DNA of 63,992 nucleotides, filler included, from Craspedostauros australis (lineage: Eukaryota), in assembly GCA_030167865.1 (NCBI GenBank). It is 11 parts of 11 records of this genome, joined end to end, with 100 filler letters (N's around TTAATTAATTAA, not from the genome) between each part and the next. Parts side by side here need not be neighbours in the genome. Positions count along the whole stretch, not along the records: positions 43,736 to 51,598 come from JALAGF010006011.1; positions 51,699 to 54,711 come from JALAGF010006012.1; positions 54,812 to 59,469 come from JALAGF010006015.1; 8 more parts are not named here. One strand, given 5' to 3'. This document shows, in pieces, positions 47,300-59,569 of the stretch (positions are counted from its first letter, which is position 1; every line of letters starts with the position of its first letter). The notes beneath the pieces are model-generated. The model was not told where the DNA came from. It worked only from the letters and a program-made list of their open reading frames with translations, and did no database searches. The position numbers were made by a program, and so were the translations under genes.

Positions 47300-50200
47300 A
47301 TGACAAACCATGACGACATGGGCGATACTGACGAAATGAGTGACAAGGTCTCCCTGGAAACAACCTCATATTCCGGCGGTGTGGAGGAAGACAGTATCGA
47401 TGACGTGCAGCAGGTTCGAAATGCTTCCAAGTCAGAGACCGCCCACGTCCAGATATGGCGCACCGTGGTGACCTTTGTGTTACTCGCCACGGCCATTGCC
47501 ATCACCTTCATCACGTATAAGGTGAGTGCTGCGCTACGCATTGACTTTTGTCCAGGCCTTGAAGCAGCCGGTCAACATGCTCCACCGTTCGACCGCAACC
47601 CCATTCGCCATCTCGTCGTGAAATCGGTCTCCACATACCCACTCACATTATCATCTCCTTTGTCTTGCACTGTTCTATTGCAACCGAGAACATTACGCAA
47701 TGTGTCCACCTGCACTATTCTTCCTGTTCCGCAGTACCTCGACAATGAACAGATCGAGAACTTCGAAGTTGCGGTAAGTTGAAACACGAAGTCGTGCAAA
47801 CATCCCACAAACTGTCTCGCCCTCGTCAACGAACTGTTCGTGCGCACACTCGTGCCTGCATGCTTGGCCATTGACATGTTCGTGAGACGACGGATGGCAC
47901 CGCGGTATCGCGGTGTATCGCATTCCACTCCGTTGCATTCCATTCAACCAAAGACCCACTGACAGACCGTTGTACCCTACTTTATATGCCTTTCCCATTG
48001 CGCCATCATGTGGATGCAGTACGAGCAATTCTCTCGGGCAGTGGGCAGTGCCGTCACGGATCAGCAACTCTCCATCCGCACCAACATTCGGCAGGCATGC
48101 AAGATCATAGCATCGCAGGCTGAGGCCACCAATCAAACATGGCCATTTGTGACGATCCCACACATCGTCACAAGTTTCGTCCCGTCCCTTCAGGAAGCCA
48201 AATTAGAATGGATGAACGTGAATCACGCCGTCAAGGGCGATCAGGTCGAGGCGTGGTTGGATTATGCCAACAACAACTATGAGAAAATGATCAAAGAAGG
48301 TCACATGGACGAGCACGGGGACCTCCACGAGCTGATCCCAACAGGATACACACCCTACTTGAAGGAGTTCAATGTTCGACGGATCTTCCCAGGCGGCGAG
48401 AACGAGCCAGTCTTCATCCCCCAACAGAAACTACGGGATCTCAACTTCGCTTCCTTCCAGCATGTCGATGCCATGCTAACGTACGGTTACATCAACTACA
48501 ACACATACGCATCCGACGAGATCCAGGTGTTCTTGGATGAGCTGCTTTTGCTGCAGGAAGAGCTCCTGTTCTTTGCATCGAGCCCGTACGGGATCCCGCC
48601 CGGCATCTCATACTCGGAAGAGGAGCATGAAGCACGCCACGACAAGACTTCCTCCGTCGACCATCCGCACTTCGTGTTTCAAACACCAGTGCAAAAGGAC
48701 CCAAACGACCCCTCGTCAGAGGTCGTTGCTGTGGTGGCTGGAGGCGGAGCCTGGGACACAGTGCTGTACGATCTCCTTCCAGAAAACGTCAACGGTTTGT
48801 ACGCCATCCTCGAAAACGATTGCAACCAAGCGCAAACGTTCGTCATCGACGGAAGGAAGACAGTATACCTCGGAGGAGGTAAGTTGTATCATTGCTGAAC
48901 GAACATGAAATCCTCGCACTGTATCAATCATGACGCATGCACGAAGGGCTTCACCATGTTGCTGGCAGGATGCTGTTGCTGCCATCATGAGGTCCACCAA
49001 ACGATAGTACGAGAGACAGCCTTCCAAAATGATTGCCTACTTGTGGCTGCTTGTCTAAATGTTTGGATGCATGTGCGGATGGATGTACACATGTATTGGG
49101 TGCTTCCGTACCTCACGCCACCACTTCGATCCTTTTGCTCTCCCTACATGCTCATTCGCACAACACATCAACAGAGGACTTCCATGAGAAAAAGTACGAC
49201 AAATACGTGCACTTTATCAACCTGGCGCTCCACAAACACCCCAAATTCAACGAGACGGTGAATCATTGCAAGTATTCCATGAAGTTGTACCCATCCCAAC
49301 AATTCCAGGATCAGTACAGCAACAACACACCGAAGATCTTCGCTATCGCAGTGTTCGTGACATTCATGGTCATCATCTTGGTCTTCTTCGTCTACGACAT
49401 GTTCGTGCACCGCCGCAACGAGAAGCTGATTAACAATGCCGCCCGCACCAACGCCATCGTGTCATCCATGTTCCCCACGCAGATTCGCGAGCGTCTGATC
49501 TTGAATGGAAAGACCGGGAACGGCAAGAAGGGCACCCATCGGATCACCGACCTGAAGAGCTATCTCAATGGAACTTCCAACGAGTCGGCGATGAGCAACA
49601 AACCCTTGGCTGACTTGTTCCTTGAGACAACCATCCTGTTTGCCGATATTGCTGGGTTCACCGCCTGGAGTTCTGTGAGAGGTAAGGCACCGAGCGGCTG
49701 CTTCGCTGGTGGCGACTATTCTAACTTTGGCGATGGCTGTATGTGCCCACGTTGTTATGAGTGCGCTTGGGCTCGCCACGCCATCATGTCATCTCGCTTT
49801 CGCCTGCAAACCCACTACCGCACAACTTTACTCATCCTTGTACGCGTACCGCATACTCTATACGTACCAACCATGGTACCAACTATTATGTGAACACATG
49901 GCATCATCATACACAGAACCATCGCAAGTCTTCACTCTACTTGAGACCGTCTTCTCGGCTTTCGACCAGATTGCAAAGCTCCGCCGTGTGTTCAAAGTCG
50001 AGACTGTGGGTGATTGCTACGTGGCCGCAGCTGGAATCCCAGAGCAGCGGGCCGACCATGCCATCATCATGGTTCGTTTTGCCCGCGACATTCTGACTCG
50101 CATGGACAGTCTGGTGAAGGAGCTGGAAATCACGCTCGGTCCTGACACTGGCGACCTGTCGCTTCGCTGCGGTCTCCACTCTGGCCCTGTGACTGCGGGC

Positions 50201-51598
50201 GTTCTTCGCGGAGAAAGGGCACGATTCCAACTCTTCGGGGATACAATGAACACAGCAGCACGTGTGGAACACACGGGACAGGTTGGGCGCATCCACGTGT
50301 CATCCGACACGGCCGAAGCCTTGCGCGCGACTGGCAAAGCTGGTTGGTTAATCAAGCGTGATCGGACCGTCGAGGCCAAGGGAAAAGGTGACATGCAGAC
50401 CTACTGGATCCATCCTGGTCTCGATGCACGGAAGAGGAATAGTCATGCAAGTCACAGCGAGCATAGTGAGCTTGTTGATGTGGCCTTGGAGCGCGAGGCC
50501 GAGGATAGCACGAAGAAGAGAGATGCGAACGGTCCCGCTGAAAGGACCAACCGCATGGTCGATTGGAACGTGGAGATTCTTCTCCACATCCTTCGACAGA
50601 TCCTCGCCCGTCGCGATGCCATGTCGAAGATCGGCCATTCTACTGCGGCCGACGGACAACACCACAGCGACCATCGCAGAACCCCAAACAGCACCTTCCG
50701 TCCGCTTGACGAGGTGAAGGAGATCATCCACCTCCCAGACTTTGACAAGAAGGTGGCAACACGTCAGCAAAATTCTGACCTCGTTGAGGTTGCTCCCCAC
50801 ATCATCGAGCAGCTGCGTTCCCTCGTTGCCACCATCGCCAGCATGTATCGCGAAAACTCCTTCCACAATTTCGAGCATGCTTCGCACGTTACCATGTCCG
50901 TCATCAAGCTCCTCGCTCGCATCGTCGCGCCGACCGATATTCCATTAACCAACAGCAAAGGAGATACCGACGAGCCGGCCTTGGCTGCCACGCTGCACGA
51001 TCACACCTACGGCATCACCTCGGATCCGTTGACTCAGTTCGCTTGCGCCTTCTCAGCGTTGATTCATGACGTGGATCATGTCGGCGTGCCCAATGCCCAG
51101 CTCGTTAAAGAGAAGGTCCGCATCGCCGAGATTTACGACAACCGATCGGTCGCGGAGCAGAACTCGGTCGCCTTGTCATGGGATCTGTTCATGTCCGATG
51201 AGTACAGGGAGCTAAGGGAATGCATCTGCCCCACGAAGGTCGAGCTGAACCGTTTCCGCGAGCTCATGGTGAATGCTGTCATGGCAACTGATATCGTCGA
51301 CAAGGAGCTGAAGGTTCTACGCAACGGACGCTGGGACAAGGCCTTCAAGGGACATGATGAGTCGGCAGATGACGCGGTTAACCGCAAGGCTACCATCGTG
51401 ATCGAGCACTTGATCCAAGCATCGGATGTGTCTCACACCATGCAGCACTGGCACGTATACCGCAAGTGGAACGAAAAGTTCTTCCGCGAATGTTACAAAG
51501 CGTACCAGGATGGGCGCGCGGAGCAGAACCCGGTGGATGGTTGGTACAAGGGCGAGATAGGATTCTTCGACTTCTACATCATCCCGCTGGCGAAGAAG
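47300..51598 (+). CDS. Membrane-anchored class III nucleotide cyclase / cyclic-nucleotide phosphodiesterase fusion (3' truncated by scaffold end)
   Basis: GT-AG exons 47300-47521, 47735-47773, 48020-48878, 49175-49681 and 49917-51598 join in frame. Two TM helices. Cyclase FADIAGFT, KVETVGDCY, LFGDTMNTAAR; PDE FHNFEHASHV, ALIHDVDH, MATD, IQASDVSH. Confidence 0.92.
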
Positions 51599-51698
51599 NN
51601 NNNNNNNNNNNNNNNNNNNNNNNNNNNNNNNNNNNNNNNNNNTTAATTAATTAANNNNNNNNNNNNNNNNNNNNNNNNNNNNNNNNNNNNNNNNNNNN

Positions 51699-54275
51699 AC
51701 CATCCAACAGAATACACCGAACCGAACACATTCAACGAAGCATACCACCACCCAATCGAAGAACACCGAAATGGATTCAGAGTGCCTTATGCCGGCGTAC
51801 GATTGAAGTTGTATTTTTTTCTACGATTGATTTTGTACTTGATACGATTGAGGTTGTTGTTGATGATGTAATTCCAAAAANNNNNNNNNNNNNNNNNNNN
51901 NNNNNNNNNNNNNNNNNNNNNNNNNNNNNNNNNNNNNNNNNNNNNNNNTTGAGCTATCTCTCTCTCTTCTGCTGTCTGCACCTCTTGGTCGATCGTATCT
52001 CAAGATGATTCGGTTTGCACCTCTTGGTCAATTGTATTCATGCATTTCGAGATTATTCGGTTTGCACCTCTTGGTCAATTTCTATTAGCCTTCTTGTTTT
52101 GAATGGAGGTCAATGGTTGGTTGAAGAGGTGTCTTCTCATATGCAAATATTTCTTTACGATTGAATCTTGACTCATCTGACTTCAGTTTGAGTCTTGACT
52201 AATACGACTTCAGTTCGAATCTTGACTGATCCGACTGGATGGATTGTTAACACGACTTGTAGGTGAGACTAACAATGTGATTGCTTGGGTGACATTATTC
52301 ATGACTAGTATCTATTGTGCACAAGTCTAGGTCTTGTGTCACCAATAGTCTATCTAGCCAGCCGTCTAGGGCACAGAGCCGCAATCAAGAAGGAGCTGAA
52401 GTCCATGATCGATCGGGGTGTCTACAGGAAGATCAAGAGATCTGCTATCCCTCGCGACAGACGATGCTGCAAATGCAACTGGGTGTTCAAGCTCAAGCGG
52501 AATGTCATGTACCGCGCCAGACTTGTGGCATGCGGATACTCGCAGATCGGAGGGATCGACTACCAAGAGCACACTCCCCAGTGATCCACGACGTCACCTA
52601 TCGAATTATGATGGTGGTCATGCTGCTGAAGCAGATGGACTGCGCACTGGTCGATGTCGTTGGCGCCTTCCTTCATGGCAAACTGGAAGAGGAGGTATAC
52701 ATGAACTGCCCACAAGGAATGGACAGTACCAGAGAGGAAGCGCTCCTCCTACTGAAGCCAATCTNNNNNNNNNNNNNNNNNNNNNNNNNNNNNNNNNNNN
52801 NNNNNNNNNNNNNNNNNNNNNNNNNNNNNNNNNNNNNNNNNNNNNNNNNNNNNNNNNNNNNNNNNNNNNNNNNNNNNNNNNNTTACCAACATCCAGAAGA
52901 GCAAGTTTGGTGTGACCATCGAACGAGGACTTGGCGACTACCTCAGCTGCAACATCGAGCTGAACGTCGACAAGACCAAGGCCGTCCTTCGGCAACCGCA
53001 TCTGATCAAGAACCTGATCGCAGAGTTTGGTGAAGCAGTGAGCAAGCTGCAACGCTACAACACACCAGGAACACCAAACCAAGGAATTGTTCGACCATCA
53101 GAGACCAATGGCCTTGAGAAGGTGAACGAGGCCGACCACGCGAACTACCGGAAGGGCGTGGGGATGCTGCTGTTCCTCATCAAGCACTCACGGCCGGACA
53201 TCGCCAACCCAGTCAGAGAATTAACCAAGGTGCTAGATGGACCGACTCTAGCAGCCACGAAGGAGATGCACCGTATCATCAAATACGTCATCGATACCAA
53301 GCACTACGGTCTCAAGATCTATCCAATCAAACCGGATGAGGACGCATGGAGCATGGAAATGTTCTGCAACAGTGAGTATGCAGGAGACAGAGATACCCGC
53401 ATCAGTGTGGGAGGGTTCATCCTGTACTTGTGCGGAGTACCAATCCTGTGGAGATCCAAGGCCCAGAAGGCGGTCACACTGAGCTTATCGGAGGCAGAGT
53501 ACGTCGCCTTGTCTGAGGCAGCCAAGGAGATCTTCTTCGTTGTGCAATTGCTTGAAAGCATTGACATGAAAGTGAAGACACCGGTCAAGGTCAGAGTTGA
53601 CAACATCGGCGCGATCTTCATCGCAAAGAATCCATCGACATCACAGCGCTCTCGCCATATCGACGTCCGGCACCACTACGTGCGGAACATGGTGACCAAG
53701 CGCATCATCGAGATCATCTTCGTACGATCGGAGAACAACAACAGCGACGGCTTCACAAAGAACATCAAAGGAGAGTTGCAACGAGAGCACGAGAAGACGT
53801 ACTTACACACAGGCAACGAAGGCAATTGAAGCGACGCAGGAAGGGTGTCGAAATGTGTGTGTTCAATGCTTCGCTCCAATCACCGTGACACTGATGTGTG
53901 TGTCGGTGACGACCAAACGAGAAAATGTGAGACTGTGAACTCGTGACTCATAACTCGTGACTCAAGGAGGAAAACAACAAAAGGTGACCAAGACGACCAT
54001 GTGACGTGGTATGAAGAAGATTCCAATNCTGACGTGGAATCTTCGTGTCAAGAGAAGAACAATGACTTAGTACTGAAGTCTACAGAAGAATGAAACTTTT
54101 AATGTTGATGCGAATCTCAGAAGAAATTGATGAAGAAACAACACGGAAATGTGCGATGAACAGACCGAAACAACACGCAACATCATGGAGGAATTGTCGA
54201 GTGAAAGAGCAATTCGAGATGGTTGTGAACCGCACCAAATTCAGGAAAGATGTGTGCCATCCGCAATATGACGTG
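51699..54275 (+). mobile_element. Copia RT-RNase H with PPT and start of 3' LTR, inactivated
   Basis: WVFKLKRN..YRARLVACGYSQ, SRPDIANPVREL, VRVDNIGAIF, stop at 53829. AGGAAGGG is followed by TG at 53846. Frameshift near 52570. Confidence 0.92.
51783..52373. mobile_element. Solo-LTR-like insertion with 5-bp target-site duplication
   Basis: TGCCTTA...TAGGGCA flanked by CAGAG at 51778-51782 and 52374-52378. Removal restores NGFRAAIKKE. Confidence 0.85.
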
Positions 54276-54711
54276 TGTTGGAAATCCGGGGTATAGATAC
54301 TGTAGTTTAATGTTTATCAAACTGTACCGTTTTAGAACTGTGAGAACAACATATTCATTTCTCAAGTCCTCGACTCGTTTGCCCATGATGATGCTGGTGG
54401 GCCTCCTGTAGTTGCCCCTCACAATCATCATTACAGACTCTCTCCATCATGCACATCTTATTGCTCATGACAGGTGCATCTTCACCATGCTTGTCTGTTG
54501 AGGTGTCCGTCTACTCTCCTGAGATACATGCATGCCGATGCTTGATTCATTCTCTTCTCATCAGGCATCCATCATTCATTCAGTACACTCTTCCGTGTTG
54601 TTCACTCACTCTTCTCACATGTTCACTGACAATCACACTTGGTCAGAACATGGAGTTCTGGCACGATCAGTCCAGTCCTTCGATGTTGTTCCAGTCCGCG
54701 CTTTGTTCTCC
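54276..54711 (-). mobile_element. LTR end of another copia family, inserted in the preceding LTR
   Basis: Begins TGTTGGAAATCCGGGGT, the same 17 nt as the LTRs at 61093 and 61886, then diverges. Confidence 0.6.
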
Positions 54712-55191
54712 NNNNNNNNNNNNNNNNNNNNNNNNNNNNNNNNNNNNNNNNNNNNTTAATTAATTAANNNNNNNNNNNNNNNNNNNNNNNNNNNNNNNNN
54801 NNNNNNNNNNNTCGCGCCAAAACGCACTCAACCAAGACCTTCCATCAGCAACCTGTGCGCTGAGAAGGTGCCTTGCACATCCAACGCATGGTCCGCTCGT
54901 GGGACCATGCCCTAAGTGCTAAGCTTCGTACGGATGGCAACGCAACAAAGAAGTCGTTCGTCTATCTAAGTTCGTTCATGGAGCGTTATCCTGTCAAGGT
55001 CATCTTGCTGAGCTCAACAAACTTCGGCCAGCGAAATTTTCCCAATCTCGCTCCATCTCGATCAACAGCTTCCTCTCTCTCTGTTTGCCCGCAATCACTC
55101 GCACAGCACCGCGATACACCGCACTGAACCTCGCCATGCATCCTGCACCTCAAGCAACTAATCATAAATCACTCGTTATCAGTTTACAAGA

Positions 55192-55202
55192 GGTTATGAG
55201 CC
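55192..55202 (+). promoter_or_regulatory. Primer-binding site for the initiator tRNA-Met anticodon arm (half-tRNA type)
   Basis: GGTTATGAGCC lies 3 nt after the CA end and is complementary to GGCUCAUAACC. Confidence 0.7.
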
Positions 55203-55505
55203 TGGATTCACATCCCTGCTAATCGCATCTTCCGTTCATCGTCTTCCGTCAGTTCCATCAGCTCTCAGCCGTCGCTCGTGCTTCACAGCCCCGACCGCTC
55301 ATCTGATCTCCCCTCGCAGTCAGCTCTCAACCGTCGCTCGTGCNCACCAAGCCCCGACCGTTCAACCTGNCTCCANCAGCCCGACATCGCTCTCAGATCT
55401 CTTTCTCAGCGATCCTCCGCTCCCCGTCTCCCATCAGCCATCAGCAGACTGCCACCCATCCGCGTGCCAGCCTCCCATCTACCGACCCTCAACTCAGCCA
55501 TCTGA

Positions 55506-56897
55506 ATGTCCGCCAGCGTCTCCGGTGATATCAGCTCCACTCCGTCAGACGAGACTACCCCACGCTTGCCATCAGACTCAGCTTCCACTCCGGACCCTCC
55601 TTCGCTTCTCACGCCGCCGGTCCCCGCCATGTTTCAAGCCACCCGTCGCGCCTCCGTCGCATCCAAGAAGTGCCATGTGTTCTTAACCAAGGCACAGCGC
55701 GCCGCCCTCAGCGACAAGGATCGCATCCCTGTGCTTGAAAAGGCATCGAAGTCCATCGACGATGTCCAATTCATGGTGCAGGACCTCTCCTCCGACATCA
55801 AGTCGAACGACTTCTTGGAGAAGAACCATGACCTCAACGCCATCCTCAGTCGCGTTGAAGAACACCTCGCGGCGTACGACATGACCGATGTCTTCGACAT
55901 TGTCACACGCCCAGTCCTTTCCTCTGAGGGTACCCCGTCCTTCTCTTCCGACACCCCACGGAAGCTGTTCTCGGAGTACCTGAAGTGTACCGAAGCCGAC
56001 GTCCGTGGATCCAATTGGACGTACCACAACTTCGCAAGCAGCGATGAGATCGCGACCGACCTCGAGGTCTCTCAGCGTTTCATCCTGAGCTCCTGCACCG
56101 AGGAGCTCCGCGCGGTCGTCGCCAACCGCCTCCGCCTTGTGCCCTATGACGAAAAGGGTGGACCGCTCGCGCTCTTCTACATCGTCGAGTTGGTGGCCCG
56201 CACCAACTCCGATACGGCCCGCGAGATCCTCAACCGGATCCAGCATTTCAAGGTCAGCCAGATTGAGGGCGAGAACATCGAAGTGGCGTGTGCCTACCTC
56301 CGCTCGGCCATCTCCCGCATTGCGGCATCCACCATCGACGTCCCCACCGACATGCCGCAGATCCTCATTCGGGTCTTCCACACGTGCACCTGCCAGGCCT
56401 TCAAAACCCACCTGGGTTTCATGGAGATGTCCATGGAGATTGGAACGTCGTCCACCTTGGACACCTGGGAGGGCGTCCTTGACGTCTCCCTGGGCAAGTA
56501 CCGCAAGCTTGTTGCCACGGACGCCTGGCACATCCGCCGTCGCCACCCCGCTGCTGCCAACAACACCACCGGATCTGGGTCGGGCACCAAGCCCTCGGTC
56601 GACCGTCGGGGCAACCCCATCGACCGCACTCCTCCTCAAGAGGGCGAGAGCCACACCCGGGACCGCGCCAGCGGATCCGGAACGGAGCACTGGTGCGGCA
56701 ACCCTCGCTGCCAGCGCTGGGGCAACCACGAGACCGACGGCCACGACGCCTGGTTCCAGGAGTTCAAGCGCAAGCGNGGCGAGCGCCAGGCCTCCGCTGA
56801 GGCCAAAGCCACCGCCGTCGACGACTCCGCTTCCGTGGCCGCGCCTCCCCCGACCACCCTTCGTGTCCGCATGGCCGATGATGCCTCGGGTTTTTAA
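55506..56897 (+). CDS. gag: Retrotransposon gag
   Basis: KGGPLALFYI, IEGENIEVAC, atypical knuckle WCGNPRCQRWGNHETDGH. Confidence 0.85.
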   Translation: MSASVSGDISSTPSDETTPRLPSDSASTPDPPSLLTPPVPAMFQATRRASVASKKCHVFLTKAQRAALSDKDRIPVLEKASKSIDDVQFMVQDLSSDIKSNDFLEKNHDLNAILSRVEEHLAAYDMTDVFDIVTRPVLSSEGTPSFSSDTPRKLFSEYLKCTEADVRGSNWTYHNFASSDEIATDLEVSQRFILSSCTEELRAVVANRLRLVPYDEKGGPLALFYIVELVARTNSDTAREILNRIQHFKVSQIEGENIEVACAYLRSAISRIAASTIDVPTDMPQILIRVFHTCTCQAFKTHLGFMEMSMEIGTSSTLDTWEGVLDVSLGKYRKLVATDAWHIRRRHPAAANNTTGSGSGTKPSVDRRGNPIDRTPPQEGESHTRDRASGSGTEHWCGNPRCQRWGNHETDGHDAWFQEFKRKXGERQASAEAKATAVDDSASVAAPPPTTLRVRMADDASGF

Positions 56898-59469
56898 AGG
56901 CGGCCCTTCCTCGCGTAAGCCCTCTCCTCTGCTTGCCAGTCATCCTGCTCTTCCTCATTGAGGGGGTGGTAGGGTGCCTGGGGCTCTTCATTGAGCAACT
57001 CGCAGTCTCGACTACTTGGGTCCTTCAGTGGGTGCTCCCCGCCGATGCTTGGGTCGTCACCACCCTCCGGCACCTCCTCCGTCGTCCAGGCGGATCCAGC
57101 CTTCCCTCCGTCCCTCGCCATGTCGTCCGGCACTCCAGCCGCCTCGGCCTTGGCCTCCCCGCCCGCCTGATGGTCCTATCCTACCTGACCATCCCGGCGT
57201 CTACTCTCCGATACTTCGAGTATGCGCAAGTCCGGTCCAGCCGCCTTGTACATGCTCGAGGTCCCCCTCTCCCAGTCCTCGCTCCCTGCCGCATCCTGCG
57301 GGAAGTCGGGGCCCGCTCCTCCTCTCTTGGTGCCGCTCCTCCCTCTCCATCCTCTATACTCCACCTATCCGGGTTCGGGCACCAGTTCGACGATCTCATG
57401 GCCCATCGCCATGCCTCCGCCGCCGTCCAGGCATCACGCCTACCTGCTCCGGAGTCCGCTACCGCCACTGACGACGTCATCCCGCCGGATCTCTTTCGCC
57501 TCATCAGTCGGGCCTCAGGCCCTTTCCGCCCTGTCTCCAAGGGTCCCCTCACCATCTCCGCTCCGCTGGACCTTCATCCGCTTGCCTTCCAAGCCTCATC
57601 CTTCAACGTCGACCACCAGTTCATGTCGCAGCTCATCCACAACGCCTACCACTCGCCAAAGGGCACTCACAAGAACCTCGTTCCCATCATCATGGACACT
57701 GGCTGCTCCTTCGCCATGACCTATGATGTTGACGACTTCCTGGATGCGCCCATCTTCGGGTCCTACGGCAAGGTGCACACCGCCAGCGGGTCCATGAATA
57801 TCACCGCCATCGGAACCGTGTCGTACGATATCATGTCGATCGACGGTACCTTCGATACTGTGGTCATGCCCGGCCATCTCATCCCCGGCAGCAACGTTCG
57901 CCTCGTTTCCCCTCAGGACTACGCCAAGACCGCTCGCCTCTACGACGCGGAAACGTTCGGCGGAAACAGCCGGCAGTTCTGGATGAAGACCGCCGACAAG
58001 GGCACCATCACCGTCCCGGTCCACCCGCACTCCAACATCCCGACTGCGCTTGGCCGCCCGTCTGCTAAGCCGTCCTGCGGCTCCGCCCATCGCTCCGCCG
58101 CCCATCTCACCGAGTCCACCGCTCTGGCCGGCGTCGAAGCCCTCGAGCCAGCCAACACCAACCTTTCCACCGCGCAGAAGGCTCTCCTGCATGCCCATCT
58201 CCAGCTTGGCCATCTCGGCATGGCTCATGTGCAGCAGCTGTTCCGCGCCCACGAGGTCCTGGACCCGGCGGACGAAGTGCCACAGTCCCATCTCGTCCCA
58301 TCTGTCTCCGGCATGAAGCGGTGCCCCCTGCCGAAGTGCGCCTCCTGCGTCCTCGCGAAGTCCCGCAAGCAGCGCCTCCCCAACCGTCGCTCCGCTCCCG
58401 CCGGCGATATCCGTCCCATCGCTCCCGGAACTGCGTTTCCGGGCGAGCACGTGTCTGTCGATCAGTTCGAGAGCAGTGTTCGTGGCCGGCGTCTCAACAC
58501 CTTCGGCCTGGAGCCCCAGACCCAGCGCTACGTCGGTGGGACCATCTTCGTTGACTCGCACACTGGCTTCATCTCCATCCACCACCAGGTCTCCTTCGGT
58601 GCCTCCGACACCATTGCGTCCAAGCGTGTCTTCGAGCAGTCCGCCCGCGCCCACGGGGTTCAAGTCCAACACTACCACACCGACCGTGGTGTCTTCACCT
58701 CTGCTGCCTGGCGTGACAGCCTCGATGCCGACCAGCGCCTCACCTTCGGTGCTGTCGGTGCCCATCACCAGAATGGAGCGGCCGAGCGCGCCATCCTCAC
58801 CTGTACCCTTCGCGCCAGGGCCATGATGGTCCACGCCCAGCTTCACTGGCCTAAGGAGTTCGCCACCGACTTGTGGCCGACCGCCATGTCGCACGCTGCA
58901 TGGTTGTACAACCACACGCCGCGCCGCGCCTCCTGCACCACTCCACATGACGCCTTCACTGGCTCCTCCGTCGGGTCCCAGTACCTCCCTCGCTCTCGCG
59001 TCTGGGGGTGCCCCGCCTACGTCCTCGACCCTCGGCTGCAGGCCGACAAGTCCATCCCTCGCTGGGANCCACGGGCCCGGCTCGGCCAGTACCTTGGCTT
59101 CGATCCCGAGCACTCGTCCTCGGTTGGCCTCATCCGCAGCATCCAGACCGGATGGGTCTCCCGGCAGTATCATGTGGTGTACGACGAGACGTTCTCCACT
59201 GTCTCCAATGCCTCCTCCGGTGACCTGGACCCGCTCTGGCACGATCTCTTCCGCACCTCTCGCGAGCACGTGCTGGAGTTCCATGACGCTGCTATTGATG
59301 GCCCGCTTCCGCCGCCCGACCCGCATTTCTTTCCCGCCGACCCGCCCGCTCTTCCTTTCTCTGGCCCCCCTCCTGGTGTCGGCGTTGAGGGCGAGGTGGT
59401 GGTACCTGCGGTAGAGAACAACGCCGATCCCCAGGACGTCGGACCCCAGGACGCCGCCCCAGCTGAGGC
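56888..59469 (+). CDS. pol: Retrotransposon pol (protease, integrase), in the -1 frame relative to gag
   Basis: Frame is open from the GGGTTTT site. IMDTGCSFAMT, HLQLGH..CASC, VSVDQ, IFVD, YHTDRGVF, AHHQNGAAER. Confidence 0.88.
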
Positions 59470-59569
59470 NNNNNNNNNNNNNNNNNNNNNNNNNNNNNNN
59501 NNNNNNNNNNNNNTTAATTAATTAANNNNNNNNNNNNNNNNNNNNNNNNNNNNNNNNNNNNNNNNNNNN

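Larger units (their letters stand above)
54812..59469 (+). mobile_element. Ty1/copia (CoDi-type) 5' half with separate gag and pol ORFs
   Basis: LTR end ..TTTACA (55188), PBS, gag, then pol with protease, zinc-binding and integrase domains. Confidence 0.93.
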
